A stretch of 64,000 nt of DNA from Deltaproteobacteria bacterium (GCA_016875225.1 VGRW01000001.1:66225-130224); one strand, 5' to 3'; numbered from the stretch's first letter, positions 50,769 to 60,249 are shown. Translations and numbers: made by a program. The notes: generated by a model from the sequence alone, not told the origin.

Positions 50769-52226
50769 TCATTCGTGGAGGGGTGAGTTCGAATCGAGGC
50801 GCGAGAACGCGCCGCCGCTCCAGGCATCGAGCTGCGCGGCGATCTCGGCCGCGTCGAGCTCGAGCGCCGCGCGCTTCGCCTCGTCCTCGCCCCCGAGCGA
50901 GTCGAGCTCCGCCAGCAGCCGGAGCCTTTGGAAGTACAGATGGTTCACGCGCTCCAGCACCTGGTCGCGAAGCGTGACCAGGCTGCGGCGCTCGCGGGAG
51001 ATCGCAAGCGCATCGTCCGGCGATGCGAGCTCGGAGAGCTTCCAGACCAGCGAGACGCCGACGTCGTAGCCGTGGTTGCGACGGTTGTCCGAGTCGAAGA
51101 GCTGCGCGTGGACGCCCGACGTGAAGACCTGGTCGTGGTCGACGCCGCGCGAGGTGTCCCGGTCGTAGAAGAGCGAGGCGCTGAGCGCCGGCAGCAGCGC
51201 GCCGCGGCGAGCGCGCGACTCGATCTCGACCAGGCGCTGCGGCGACAGCTCGAGATACGCGAGCGCCGCGCGCTGGAGCTGCTGGATCTGCGACGACCGA
51301 GCTCGTCTGGGCGCGATGCGCAGGTTCCGCTCGGACTCCGACTCGCGCCGACCCGCGGCCAGAGCGAACGACGCGATCCCGCGCTCGGTCGCGACGAGAA
51401 GATCGCCGCGGTCGACGGCCAGGCCGACGGCGGGAATCGCGAGCTGTTGCCTTCCCGCGCCGGCGATCGGCTCGCCGCCCGCGAAGGCCTGCAGCCCCCC
51501 CTCCCCCGCCACGAAGACGCGCTCGCCCGCGGCGGCGAGCGCGAAGAGCCGGCCGACGCCGAGCTCGATCCGGCTGGCCTCGGCCGCGCCGAGTCTCCAG
51601 ATTCCGGCGGGTACACAGAGAAGCGTCGCAGCCGCGGTTTCGACCGCGCCGCAGAGCTCCCACCAGCCCTCCTCGAGGCCACCTACGCGGCGCGCGAACC
51701 CGCGCGCGTCCGAGCCCGACCAGAGCGCTCCGTCGGCCGCGACCCAGAGCGTCTCGCCCGCGCTCGCGACCCCGGTCACCTCTCCCGACGGGATCGACAG
51801 CTCGCGAACGAAATCGGCCGTTCCCGCGCTGCGCCGGTACAGTCCGGTCGCGCTCGCGACCCAGGCGGTGCCGCGTGCGTCGATCGCGACGGCGCGCGCC
51901 TCGGCGCCGGCTCCGAGAGACAGCTCGCGCGCGTCTCCGCGCTCGGCGCTCCACTCGAAGAGCCTTCCGCCGCTCGCGACGAGCGCGCCCGCGTCGGTCG
52001 GCGCGAGATCGCGCACGTCCTCGCGAGCCAGCACGAGCCGCCAGCTGCGCGATGCTCCGCGCCGCTCGTAGAGCCCGGAGTCGGTGCCGAGCAGAAGCGC
52101 GCCCGGACGCGCGACCAGCTTCGTCGGCGCGGCGGGCGGCGCGGCGTCGTCCCAGCGCGGCAGAAGCGAATCGGGAAGCGCCAGAGCCAGCAGGACTGCG
52201 AGGGTCGCGGACATGCCGAGCGCCAT
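50769..52226 (-). CDS. Secreted hypothetical protein (possible beta-propeller-like repeats; start uncertain)
   Basis: Signal-peptide-like MALGMSATLAVLLALALP and repeated G-rich blocks (GALVASGGRLF / GTAWVASATGLYRR / GETLWVAADGALW). It is hidden in a 773-aa extended ORF. The upstream part of that ORF is an Arg-rich GC artefact. Confidence 0.5.
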   Translation of the reverse strand: MALGMSATLAVLLALALPDSLLPRWDDAAPPAAPTKLVARPGALLLGTDSGLYERRGASRSWRLVLAREDVRDLAPTDAGALVASGGRLFEWSAERGDARELSLGAGAEARAVAIDARGTAWVASATGLYRRSAGTADFVRELSIPSGEVTGVASAGETLWVAADGALWSGSDARGFARRVGGLEEGWWELCGAVETAAATLLCVPAGIWRLGAAEASRIELGVGRLFALAAAGERVFVAGEGGLQAFAGGEPIAGAGRQQLAIPAVGLAVDRGDLLVATERGIASFALAAGRRESESERNLRIAPRRARSSQIQQLQRAALAYLELSPQRLVEIESRARRGALLPALSASLFYDRDTSRGVDHDQVFTSGVHAQLFDSDNRRNHGYDVGVSLVWKLSELASPDDALAISRERRSLVTLRDQVLERVNHLYFQRLRLLAELDSLGGEDEAKRAALELDAAEIAAQLDAWSGGAFSRLDSNSPLHE

Positions 52227-52376
52227 CGCAAGGCGCGTGCCGTCGTGCGCGGCCTCGCGAAGCGGTCGGATCCGCGTCGGCGCGACGCGATGTGAACCGC
52301 TCGCGGGGCTGCCGTGGCGCGCGCTCCACGCGCGCGCTCGGTTGATCGCCCCTGGGTCGGGCCGTAGAATCCGCGC

Positions 52377-52919
52377 GTGCTGCGCCACGCCCTCCGACTG
52401 CTGCTCGCGCTGGCTCTCTGCCTCGCGGCGCAGAGCAGCCGCGCGGACGTGTATCGCTGGGTCGACGAGCTCGGCGTGACTCACTACACGACGGATCCCG
52501 AGACGATTCCCCGCCGCCATCGCGACAGCGCCCACGCGATCGTCGCGCGGCCGAGCCGCAGGCCGGGGCCGCGCATCTCGAACGCGCCGAGCCGAGCCGC
52601 CACTCCGCTCCCGAGTGCGCCCGAGCCGGCTTCGCCCGAGCCTGCCGCCCGCGCGACTCCGCCCGCCCCGTCGGGCCCGCCGGTCTTTCCCGGGCCGCCG
52701 CTCGCGCCGGCGCTCGCGCCCGGCGATCCGCGCGCGGCGGAGCTCGCCGACCTCGAAGCGCGGATCGCGACCGACCGCGAGACGCTGCGACAGCTGATCT
52801 CGACCAAGCGCTGGGACAGCGCCGAGCTCGCGTCGGATCCGGGCGTGCGCGAGATCGCCGAGCGGCTGCCGCGGCTGCAGGCCGAGCTCGAGGCGCTGCG
52901 CGCGGAGACGGTGCCCTAA
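52377..52919 (+). CDS. DUF4124-like secreted protein
   Basis: Signal peptide followed by DVYRWVDELGVTHYTTDPETIP (the DUF4124 signature as I recall it), a Pro-rich linker and a C-terminal coiled coil. Confidence 0.6.
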   Translation: MLRHALRLLLALALCLAAQSSRADVYRWVDELGVTHYTTDPETIPRRHRDSAHAIVARPSRRPGPRISNAPSRAATPLPSAPEPASPEPAARATPPAPSGPPVFPGPPLAPALAPGDPRAAELADLEARIATDRETLRQLISTKRWDSAELASDPGVREIAERLPRLQAELEALRAETVP

Positions 52920-52926
52920 GGCGCGC

Positions 52927-53868
52927 ATGAGCCGCCGCGTCGTCGCGCTCGCCGGTGGGGTCGGTGCCGCCCGCTTTCTCTCGGGACTCGTCCGCGTGCT
53001 GCCGCCGGAGGAGCTCACCGTGATCGTCAACACCGGCGACGACCGCGACTTCTTCGGCCTGCGCGTGTGTCCGGATCTCGACATCGTCACCTACACCCTC
53101 GCGGGCGTGGTCGACCCGGAGACCGGCTGGGGATTCCGCTCCGACACCACTGCGTGTCTGGACGCGCTGCGCCGGCTGCGCGGCGACGTCTGGTTCAGGC
53201 TCGGTGATCGCGACCTGGCCACGCACATCCATCGCAGCGAGCGCCTGCGGGGCGGGATCGGGCTCGCGCAGGTGACGCGCGAGCTCGCGAGCGCCTTTGG
53301 CGTGACCGCGGAGCTGCTGCCGATGACCGAGGGCGACGCGCCGACGCGCGTGGTGCGCGCGGACGGGACGCGCTGCGACTTCGAGGAGTACATGGTCCGG
53401 GACCGCGCGCCCGACGACCTGTCCGAAGTCGATCTCTCGGCCGCCGCCGCCTGCGCGCCGGGACCGGGCGTGCTCGAGGCGCTCGCCCGCGCCGAGACCG
53501 TGATCGTCTGCCCGTCGAATCCGGTCGTCTCGATCGGCACGATCCTGGCGCTTCCGGGGGTGCGGGACCTGCTCGAGGCGCGACACGACGCGGTGTCGAT
53601 CTCGCCGCTCGTCGGGGGCGCGCCGGTGAAGGGCCCCGCCGATCGCCTGCTGCGCGCGGTCGGCGCCGAGGTCTCCTCGGCGGGCGTGGCAAAGCTGTAC
53701 CGCTCGTTCTGCCGCGGAATGGTGATCGACCGGCGCGACGCGCACGAGCGAGACGCGATCCTGCGCCTGGGCCTGGACGTCCGGGTCGAGGAGACGCTCA
53801 TGCGCACGCCCGAGATCGCGGCAGACCTGGCGCGAAGCGTCCTCGAGCTCGCGGGAGCGCGCTCTTGA
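52927..53868 (+). CDS. cofD: 2-phospho-L-lactate transferase (F420 biosynthesis, CofD/FbiA family)
   Basis: VVALAGGVGAARFLSGL N-terminus and an overall UPF0052/CofD architecture of 313 aa. Confidence 0.85.
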   Translation: MSRRVVALAGGVGAARFLSGLVRVLPPEELTVIVNTGDDRDFFGLRVCPDLDIVTYTLAGVVDPETGWGFRSDTTACLDALRRLRGDVWFRLGDRDLATHIHRSERLRGGIGLAQVTRELASAFGVTAELLPMTEGDAPTRVVRADGTRCDFEEYMVRDRAPDDLSEVDLSAAAACAPGPGVLEALARAETVIVCPSNPVVSIGTILALPGVRDLLEARHDAVSISPLVGGAPVKGPADRLLRAVGAEVSSAGVAKLYRSFCRGMVIDRRDAHERDAILRLGLDVRVEETLMRTPEIAADLARSVLELAGARS

Positions 53869-54503
53869 GGGTGGCCGCGGCGGTGCCGGTGAAGGACTTC
53901 TCGCGCGCGAAGCGACGTCTGCGCTCGCGCTTCGACGACGCGTCGGTCGAGCGGATCCTGCGCGCTCTGGTCGCGGACGTGCTCGGAGCGCTTTCCGACG
54001 CCGAACGCGTCGAGCGCGTCTTCGTGCTGACCGACGACGCCGCGGTCGCCGACGCGGCGCGCGCGAGCGGCGCGGAGGTCATGCTGCGCGTGCCCGATCC
54101 CGGACTGAACGAGGCGATCGACGCGGCCGCGTCCGAGTGCGCGGCCGCAGGGTACGACGCGCTGCTGGTCTCGCTCGGCGACCTTCCGCTTCTGCGCGGC
54201 CGCGACGTAGACGAGGTGGTCGCCGCGGGCGAGCGTGCGCCGGTCGTGATCGCACCCGCCGCCGACGGCGGGACGGCGCTGCTGCTGCGCCGGCCGCCGC
54301 TGGTGATTCCCGCGCGCTTCGGGCCGGAGAGCTGCGCCGCGCACGAGGCCGCGGCGCGCGAGCGAGGGGTCGGCGCCATCGTGCTCGGCTCGCTCGCGCA
54401 GAGCGCGCGCACCGATCTCGACACACCCGAGGACGCCGAGCGGCTGGCGACCTCCAACAGCGCCGGCCGCACCGCCGCGCTGCTCCGGGAGCTGCTGCGA
54501 TGA
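53865..54503 (+). CDS. cofC: 2-phospho-L-lactate guanylyltransferase (CofC family)
   Basis: AAVPVKDFSRAKRRL nucleotidyltransferase motif in a ~210-aa protein. The TTG/GTG start overlaps the cofD TGA. Confidence 0.8.
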   Translation: MRVAAAVPVKDFSRAKRRLRSRFDDASVERILRALVADVLGALSDAERVERVFVLTDDAAVADAARASGAEVMLRVPDPGLNEAIDAAASECAAAGYDALLVSLGDLPLLRGRDVDEVVAAGERAPVVIAPAADGGTALLLRRPPLVIPARFGPESCAAHEAAARERGVGAIVLGSLAQSARTDLDTPEDAERLATSNSAGRTAALLRELLR

Positions 54504-55219
54504 CGTCGATTCGACTGACCGCGCTCGAAGGCCTGCCCGAGATCCCGATCGGCGACGACCTGCCGGCGCGGCTGGCCGCGCTCGTCCCGCCCGGCCCGGG
54601 AATCCTGGTCGTGGCGCAGAAGATCGTCTCGAAGGCCGAGGGTCGGATCGTGCGCCTGTCAGAGATCTCGCCGTCGCCGCGCGCGCTCGAGCTCGCGCGC
54701 GAGCTCGGCAAGGAGCCGCGGCACACGGAGCTGGTGCTGCGCGAGTCGAAGCGCGTGGTGCGCACCGCGCCGGGCGTGCTGATCACCGAGACGAAGCACG
54801 GGCTGATCTGCGCGAACTCCGGCGTCGACCTATCGAACGCGCCGGGCGACGACCTGGCCGTGCTGCTCCCGCTCGATCCCGACGCCAGCGCCGAGCGGAT
54901 CCGGGCGGCGCTCGGGCCATCGCGCGCCGTGATCATCAGCGACACGTTCGGGCGTCCCTGGCGCGAGGGCCTGGTCGACGTCGCGATCGGCGTCGCCGGC
55001 CTCGCGCCGCTTCGCGACTACATCGGCCAGACCGACCGCGCCGGGCGCGAGCTGCAGGTGACCGTGATGGCGCGCGCCGACCAGATCGCGGCGGCCGCCG
55101 GGCTGCTGATGGAGAAGGACAAGGGCCAGCCCGCGGTCTGGGTCGAGGGCGTCGCGATCGAAGGGCGCGGGAGCCTGCGCGATCTGCTCCGAGATCCCGC
55201 GCGCGACCTGTTCCGCTAG
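54500..55219 (+). CDS. cofE: Coenzyme F420:L-glutamate ligase (CofE family)
   Basis: ILVVAQKIVSKAEGRIVRLSEI (CofE signature). ATG overlaps the cofC TGA (ATGA). Confidence 0.85.
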   Translation: MTSIRLTALEGLPEIPIGDDLPARLAALVPPGPGILVVAQKIVSKAEGRIVRLSEISPSPRALELARELGKEPRHTELVLRESKRVVRTAPGVLITETKHGLICANSGVDLSNAPGDDLAVLLPLDPDASAERIRAALGPSRAVIISDTFGRPWREGLVDVAIGVAGLAPLRDYIGQTDRAGRELQVTVMARADQIAAAAGLLMEKDKGQPAVWVEGVAIEGRGSLRDLLRDPARDLFR

Positions 55220-55887
55220 AGCGGCCCGCCGTCCGGGCGGCGGAACTCGAGGCCGCTCCACTCGAGCAGCCACGCGGCGAGCGCGCCGAGCCCCGCTCCG
55301 GTCTTCGCCGAGACCGCCGCGACGCGCTCGAGCGGAAGCCCGAGCGACGTCGCCAGCGCGCGGCGCTCGCGCTCGAGCTCGCCCCGGCCGAGCTTGTCGC
55401 ACTTGGTGAGCACCGCGCGCGCGTCGATTCCCACCTCGCGAAGCCAGACGACGAGCTCGCGTTCCTCGTCCTGCGCGCCGCGGCGCACGTCGACGAGCAC
55501 GAGCGCGCCGCGCAGCGACTCGCGACCCGCGGCGAGATACGAGTCGACCAGCGGCGCGAAAGCGCGCCGCTCCTGCTTGCTGATCGCCGCGTAGCCGTAG
55601 CCCGGCAGGTCGACCAGGTACATGCGCTTCTCGACCAGGTAGAAGTGCACGCGCCGGGTCCGACCGGGAGAGTTGCTGGTCCGCGCCAGGCCTTTGCGCC
55701 CGACGAGCTTGTTGATCAGCGTCGACTTGCCGACGTTCGAGCGACCGATGATGGCCACCTCGGGCAGGCCCTCGCTCGGAAACAAGCTCCGGTCTGCGGC
55801 ATCGATCGCCAGGTCTGCGTCCAAGTCGCGCTCCTCGTGCGCCCGCGATTGACGCTGCTTGGGGCCGAAGTTAGCCTCGCTGCCCAT
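55216..55887 (-). CDS. engB: Ribosome biogenesis GTPase YsxC/EngB
   Basis: EVAIIGRSNVGKSTLIN (G1), DLPGYGY (G3) and TKCDKL (G4). The start was set at MGSEANF (55887). The ORF track's 55923/55917 starts would collide with the divergent ccmE start. Confidence 0.8.
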   Translation of the reverse strand: MGSEANFGPKQRQSRAHEERDLDADLAIDAADRSLFPSEGLPEVAIIGRSNVGKSTLINKLVGRKGLARTSNSPGRTRRVHFYLVEKRMYLVDLPGYGYAAISKQERRAFAPLVDSYLAAGRESLRGALVLVDVRRGAQDEERELVVWLREVGIDARAVLTKCDKLGRGELERERRALATSLGLPLERVAAVSAKTGAGLGALAAWLLEWSGLEFRRPDGGPL

Positions 55888-55915
55888 TCCCGCACGGGGC
55901 TGCACGGGAGTTCGC

Positions 55916-56335
55916 ATGAGCAAAGGCGTGCAGATTGCGCTCGCAGCGTTCTCGGTTTGCGCCGGGCTCGCGTTGGTGCTGACGCTCGGCTCCTCGGGCG
56001 AAGGGACGTTCCGCTACTACTCCGACGTGGGCTCGTTCGTCTCGGCGCCGAGCGCGGAGACCGCCGACCTCGCCGCGCGCGTGCACGGCTTCGTCGTCTC
56101 GGGCTCGATATCGAAGGACATGGCCGCGGGCCACGTCGACTTCCATGTCGCCGATCAGGCAGGCGGGCAGGCGCTCGCGGTTCGCTATCAGGGGCTCGAC
56201 GTGCCGGACCTGTTCAAGGACGGGGCCGAGGTCGTGCTCGAAGGACGCTACGCGTCGGGAACGTTCCTGGCCGACCGCGTGATGGCGAAGTGCCCGTCGA
56301 AGTACGAGGCGAAGCCGCCCGGAGAGAGCACCTAG
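55916..56335 (+). CDS. ccmE: Cytochrome c-type biogenesis heme chaperone CcmE, CXXXY variant
   Basis: N-terminal TM, an OB-fold core (VSGSISKDMAAGHVDFHVADQAGGQALAVRYQGLDVPDLFKDGAEVVLEGRY) and a C-terminal AKCPSKY in place of the canonical LAKHDENY. ATG 55916 has GGGAG 5 nt upstream. Confidence 0.8.
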   Translation: MSKGVQIALAAFSVCAGLALVLTLGSSGEGTFRYYSDVGSFVSAPSAETADLAARVHGFVVSGSISKDMAAGHVDFHVADQAGGQALAVRYQGLDVPDLFKDGAEVVLEGRYASGTFLADRVMAKCPSKYEAKPPGEST

Positions 56336-56369
56336 AGCTGCGCGCCGGCGCGCGCGGTCCGGAGTCCGA

Positions 56370-58349
56370 TTGATCGTCACGCTTCTCGTCGCGCTCGGAG
56401 GGCTCGCCCTCTACGTCTCCGTGTTCTTCGCCGTCTGGGCGGGAGTGCTCGGCGTGCTCGGTGGACTGCGCCGCAGCCCCGCGCTGGTGGCGAGCGCCGA
56501 ACGCGGCGCGGTGGCGGTCTTCGTGCTGCTCTCGACTGCCATGATCGGGCTCGAAGCCGCGCTGCTCGGCGACCGCTTCGACCTGGCGTTCGTAGCTTCG
56601 ATCTCCACGCGCGAGCAGCCGTGGCTGTTCAAGGTCGCGCTCTGGGGCGGTCAGGCCGGCTCGCTCTTGCTCTGGACCTGGATGCTCGGCCTGATGGGCT
56701 TCCTCGCCGTCGCGCAGAACCGGCGCCGCAACCGCACGCTCATGCCGTGGGTGATCGCGGTGATGATGCTGAACGTGGTCTTCTTCGCGGCGCTCTGCTC
56801 GTTCGTCTCGAATCCGTTCGAAGCGCTGCCGCCCGGCTCGGCCTGGTCGAGCGGCCAGGGCATGAACCCGCTGCTGCAGCACCCCGCGATGATGATCCAC
56901 CCACCCGTGCTGTACATCGGATTCATCGGCTTCTCGGTTCCGTTCGCGTTCGCCTGCGCGGCGCTGATCACCGGCGAGCTCGGCACGGCCTGGTTCGAGA
57001 CCACGCGGCGCTGGTCGCTCACCGCGTGGTTCTTCCTCGGCATGGGCCTGATGCTCGGCGGACGCTGGGCGTACGAGGTCCTGGGCTGGGGCGGCTACTG
57101 GGCCTGGGATCCGGTCGAGAACTCCTCGCTCATGCCCTGGCTCGCGGGGGGGGCGTTTCTCCACTCGGTGATGATCCAGGAGAAGCGCGGCATGCTGAAG
57201 GTCTGGAACTTCGCGCTGATCGGACTGGCCTACACGCTCTGCGTGTTCAGCACGTTCCTCACCCGAAGCGGCGTGGTGCAGTCGGTACACAGCTTCGCCA
57301 ACGCGGGCTGGTTCGGACAGCTCTTCCTCGGCTACGTGCTGGTTCTGGCGGTGGGCTATGCGGCGCTGCTGGTGAGCCGCGTGCCGGAGCTGCGCAGCCA
57401 GACGCGGCTCGACTCGATCGTCTCGCGCGAGGCGTCGTTCCTGCTCAACAACTACGCATTCCTCGCGCTGCTCGTGATCGTGTTCTACGGGACGCTCTTT
57501 CCGGTCTTCTCCGAGGCGATCACCGGCGTGCAGGTGCAGATCGGGCCGCCGTTCTTCCAGCGCTACGCGGGTCCGGTCGCGATCTTCCTGCTGTTCCTGA
57601 CCGGTGTAGGGCCGCTCGTCGCCTGGCGGCGCGCAACCTGGGTGAATCTGCGCAAGAGCTTCGTGTGGCCGGCCGGGCTGTCGCTGCTCGCGGTGGCGTT
57701 GCTGCTGGCGTTCGGGATGCGGCGCTTCTACCCGATCGCGTTCCTCACCCTCTGCGTCTTCGTCGCGGCGACGATCTTCGAGGAGTACGCCCGCGCGATC
57801 CGCGCGCGAATGGGACGGGGCGAGAATCCACTGGTCGCCATCCATGGGCTGCTCCGGCGCAATCAGCGCCGCTATGGCGGGTACGTCGTGCACCTGGCCG
57901 TGATCCTGATGTTCATCGGATTCGCCGGTGCGACGTTCAATCTGGAGGAGACCAAGCTGCTCGCCCCCGGCGAGAGCTGGAGCCTCGGCCGCTACACGCT
58001 GGAGTACCGGCAGGTGCGGCCGGTCGATCACCCGCACTACGCCGGCGCGGTCGCGCGGCTCGCGCTGCACGCGGACGGCAAGCCGATCGGAATGCTCCTG
58101 CCCGAGAAGCGGATGTACTTCCAGCAGGAGCAGCCGACCACGATCCCGGCGGTCGCCTCGCGTTTCAGCGAGGACTTCTACGTGATCCTCGCCGGGCTGG
58201 AGCCGGACCAGAGCGCGGCGCTGAAGGTCTTCATCAATCCGCTGGTGAACTGGATCTGGATCGGCGGGTTCGTTTTCGTGGTCGGAAACACGCTCCTGCT
58301 GTGGCCGATGGGGAAGTCCGCGAAGCCCGCGCGAGAGCGGGAGTCTTGA
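56370..58349 (+). CDS. ccmF: Cytochrome c-type biogenesis protein CcmF (heme lyase subunit)
   Basis: 659 aa, polytopic, with WD-rich CcmF motifs (WGGYWAWDPVENSSLMPWL). TTG start with GGAG upstream. Confidence 0.9.
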   Translation: MIVTLLVALGGLALYVSVFFAVWAGVLGVLGGLRRSPALVASAERGAVAVFVLLSTAMIGLEAALLGDRFDLAFVASISTREQPWLFKVALWGGQAGSLLLWTWMLGLMGFLAVAQNRRRNRTLMPWVIAVMMLNVVFFAALCSFVSNPFEALPPGSAWSSGQGMNPLLQHPAMMIHPPVLYIGFIGFSVPFAFACAALITGELGTAWFETTRRWSLTAWFFLGMGLMLGGRWAYEVLGWGGYWAWDPVENSSLMPWLAGGAFLHSVMIQEKRGMLKVWNFALIGLAYTLCVFSTFLTRSGVVQSVHSFANAGWFGQLFLGYVLVLAVGYAALLVSRVPELRSQTRLDSIVSREASFLLNNYAFLALLVIVFYGTLFPVFSEAITGVQVQIGPPFFQRYAGPVAIFLLFLTGVGPLVAWRRATWVNLRKSFVWPAGLSLLAVALLLAFGMRRFYPIAFLTLCVFVAATIFEEYARAIRARMGRGENPLVAIHGLLRRNQRRYGGYVVHLAVILMFIGFAGATFNLEETKLLAPGESWSLGRYTLEYRQVRPVDHPHYAGAVARLALHADGKPIGMLLPEKRMYFQQEQPTTIPAVASRFSEDFYVILAGLEPDQSAALKVFINPLVNWIWIGGFVFVVGNTLLLWPMGKSAKPARERES

Positions 58350-59602
58350 TCGCCTTGCGCGCGCTCGGCCTCGTGATCGCCGCGTCGCTGCTCGCCAGCG
58401 CACCGGCGCAGGCCGCGCAGATCGGCGGCCGGGTCTCGCACCCGTCGAGCCCGGAAGCCGCAGCGGGTCTGCTCGTGCAGGCGATCGGAATCGACGCGAG
58501 CGAGCAGACGATCCTGCGCGAGACCCGGACCGACCCGGACGGCAGGTACGACTTCGACGACCTCCCTGCCCCCGCCGCCTACCTCGTCCGCGCTCGCTAC
58601 GGCGAGATCGTCTTCCCGGGCGGAAGCGCCGTGTTCCGCCCCGGGGAGCCCGTGAGCCCGCAGACGATCGACTTCGAGATCTTCGACACGTCGAGCGACG
58701 CGAGCCGCCTGCGGCTGAAGTCGCTGCAGTGGGTGATCGCGCGCAGCGCGGGCGTCTGGCGCGTGCAGCAGAGCGCCGTGGTCGAGAATCCGGATTCCCG
58801 GGTCGTCGTCGTCGAGCCGGACGCGGCGCCGGCCCTGCGCGTCGCGCTCGCGCCGGGTCACGGCGACGTGGAGGGCGTCTTCGGCCGCCTGCCGGAGGGC
58901 GTCGTGATCCGCGACGGCGTCGCGGAGATCCGCGGCCCGGTCCTGCCGGGCGCGGAGGGCTTCTCGCTCCAGCTCGCCTACGACCTCGAGACGCGCGAGA
59001 CCTCGCTCGACACCGTGATCGCGCTTCCCGATGCCGTCGAGGAGCTCGCCGTCTACGTGCAGGACTTCGGCATCGACGTCGATGCGGGCGGCCTGCACCC
59101 CGCGCGCCCCACGCGCGAGCAGGACGTGATCTACCAGTCGTTCCTCGGCTTCGAGCTCCCCGCGGGTGGCCGGCTGCCATTTCGAGTGAGCGCCCTGCCG
59201 CCTGCCACCGAGCTGCCGCAGCTCGCGCTGGCGCTCGGCGCGGCGCTGCTCGCGGGAGCGCTGCTCTTCTTCGTCGCGCGCCCGCTGGCCATCGCGGGCC
59301 GGGGCGCGGGCGCCCGCGCCGGCGACGTCGCAGAGGAGAGCCCCGCGAAGGCCGCGCTCGAGTCGGCGCTCGCCGATCTCGAGCACGACTTCGAGACCGG
59401 AAAGCTCTCGCCCGACGATCGCGACCGGCTGCGCGAAGACCTGCGCCGCGAGGCGCTCGCCGCGCTGTTCCGCGAGCGGATGCCGCTCGAGGCCGCGGGC
59501 GCGTCCGGATCCGAGCCCGCCGCGCCGGCGCGCGCCTGCGACTGCGGCCGCGTGGCTGGAGCCGCGGACCGCTTCTGCGCGGGCTGCGGGAAGGCGCTTT
59601 GA
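58346..59602 (+). CDS. Ccm-operon accessory protein: signal peptide, CarboxypepD_reg-like domain, TM, cytoplasmic Cys4 zinc ribbon (unknown function)
   Basis: LIALRALGLVIAASLLASAPAQA signal; GRVSH...TDPDGRYDFDDLPAPAAYLVRARYGEIVF (carboxypeptidase regulatory-like fold); TM LALALGAALLAGALLFFVA; C-terminal CDCGRVAGAADRFCAGCGKAL. TTG overlaps the ccmF TGA, and the stop overlaps the ccmA TTG. It is hidden inside a 993-aa extended ORF. Confidence 0.6.
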   Translation: MIALRALGLVIAASLLASAPAQAAQIGGRVSHPSSPEAAAGLLVQAIGIDASEQTILRETRTDPDGRYDFDDLPAPAAYLVRARYGEIVFPGGSAVFRPGEPVSPQTIDFEIFDTSSDASRLRLKSLQWVIARSAGVWRVQQSAVVENPDSRVVVVEPDAAPALRVALAPGHGDVEGVFGRLPEGVVIRDGVAEIRGPVLPGAEGFSLQLAYDLETRETSLDTVIALPDAVEELAVYVQDFGIDVDAGGLHPARPTREQDVIYQSFLGFELPAGGRLPFRVSALPPATELPQLALALGAALLAGALLFFVARPLAIAGRGAGARAGDVAEESPAKAALESALADLEHDFETGKLSPDDRDRLREDLRREALAALFRERMPLEAAGASGSEPAAPARACDCGRVAGAADRFCAGCGKAL

Positions 59603-60249
59603 GCGAGGTCGAGCTGCGCGACGTGGGCAAGGACTACGGCCCCATTCGCGCGCTCGATCGGCTCACGCTCTCGCTCGGGCGCGGCAGCCTGGTCTGGCTC
59701 GCGGGTGGAAACGGCGCGGGCAAGAGCACGCTGCTGCGAACGCTGGGCTCGCTCACGCGGCCGACACGCGGGAGCGTCGAGCTCTTCGGGCTCGATCCGT
59801 TCTCGGCCGGCGGAGCGGCGGTGCGCGGGCGCGTCGGGTTCCTCGGGCAGGATGCCTCGCTCTACGGCGAGCTGACGGTCGCGGAGAATCTGCGCTTCTG
59901 CGCGCGGCTGCGCGGAAGCCCCGAGGCAGAGCTACACCGCGTCGCGTCGGAGCTCTCGCTCGAGCCGGTTCTGGACCGGCGCGTGCGGACGCTCTCGCAG
60001 GGCTATCGCCGCAGGGCCGGGCTGGCGCGCGCGCTGCTCGGAGCGCCCGAGCTGCTCCTGCTCGACGAGCCCTGGAACGGCCTCGATTCGGAATCGGCCG
60101 CGCGGCTCACGCGGCTGGTCGGCCGACTTCGCGACGCGGGCGCGATCGTGGTCGTGGCCGCGCACGAGGCGAGCTTCTCGCTGCCGCGCTTCGATCGCAC
60201 ACTCCGGCTCGTTTCGGGCCGAATCGTCGAAGCCGGATCCGCGGCGTGA
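59599..60249 (+). CDS. ccmA: Heme exporter ATP-binding protein CcmA
   Basis: GGNGAGKSTLL Walker A, LSQGYRRRAGLARAL signature and LLLDEP Walker B. TTG start. Confidence 0.8.
   Translation: MSEVELRDVGKDYGPIRALDRLTLSLGRGSLVWLAGGNGAGKSTLLRTLGSLTRPTRGSVELFGLDPFSAGGAAVRGRVGFLGQDASLYGELTVAENLRFCARLRGSPEAELHRVASELSLEPVLDRRVRTLSQGYRRRAGLARALLGAPELLLLDEPWNGLDSESAARLTRLVGRLRDAGAIVVVAAHEASFSLPRFDRTLRLVSGRIVEAGSAA

Noticed and set aside
50098-53745. A 1215-aa minus-strand ORF and many other very long ORFs rich in Arg, Ala, Pro and Gly (for example 56214-59630 on the minus strand, 34089-37637 on the plus strand, 27004-29652 on the plus strand, 36512-39091 on the minus strand, 9305-11008 on the plus strand and 17709-19793 on the plus strand).
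   Set aside because: These are alternative-frame or extended-start read-throughs typical of ~70% GC DNA. They overlap well-supported genes on the same or opposite strand. They have RPRRA-type low-complexity composition and carry no recognisable motifs. Only their 3' portions, where a real gene shares the frame, were kept and trimmed.
55915-55918. CATG palindrome that could serve as the ATG for both engB (minus strand) and ccmE (plus strand).
   Set aside because: Overlapping divergent start codons are implausible. engB was started at the next in-frame ATG (55887), which still gives a full-length GTPase.
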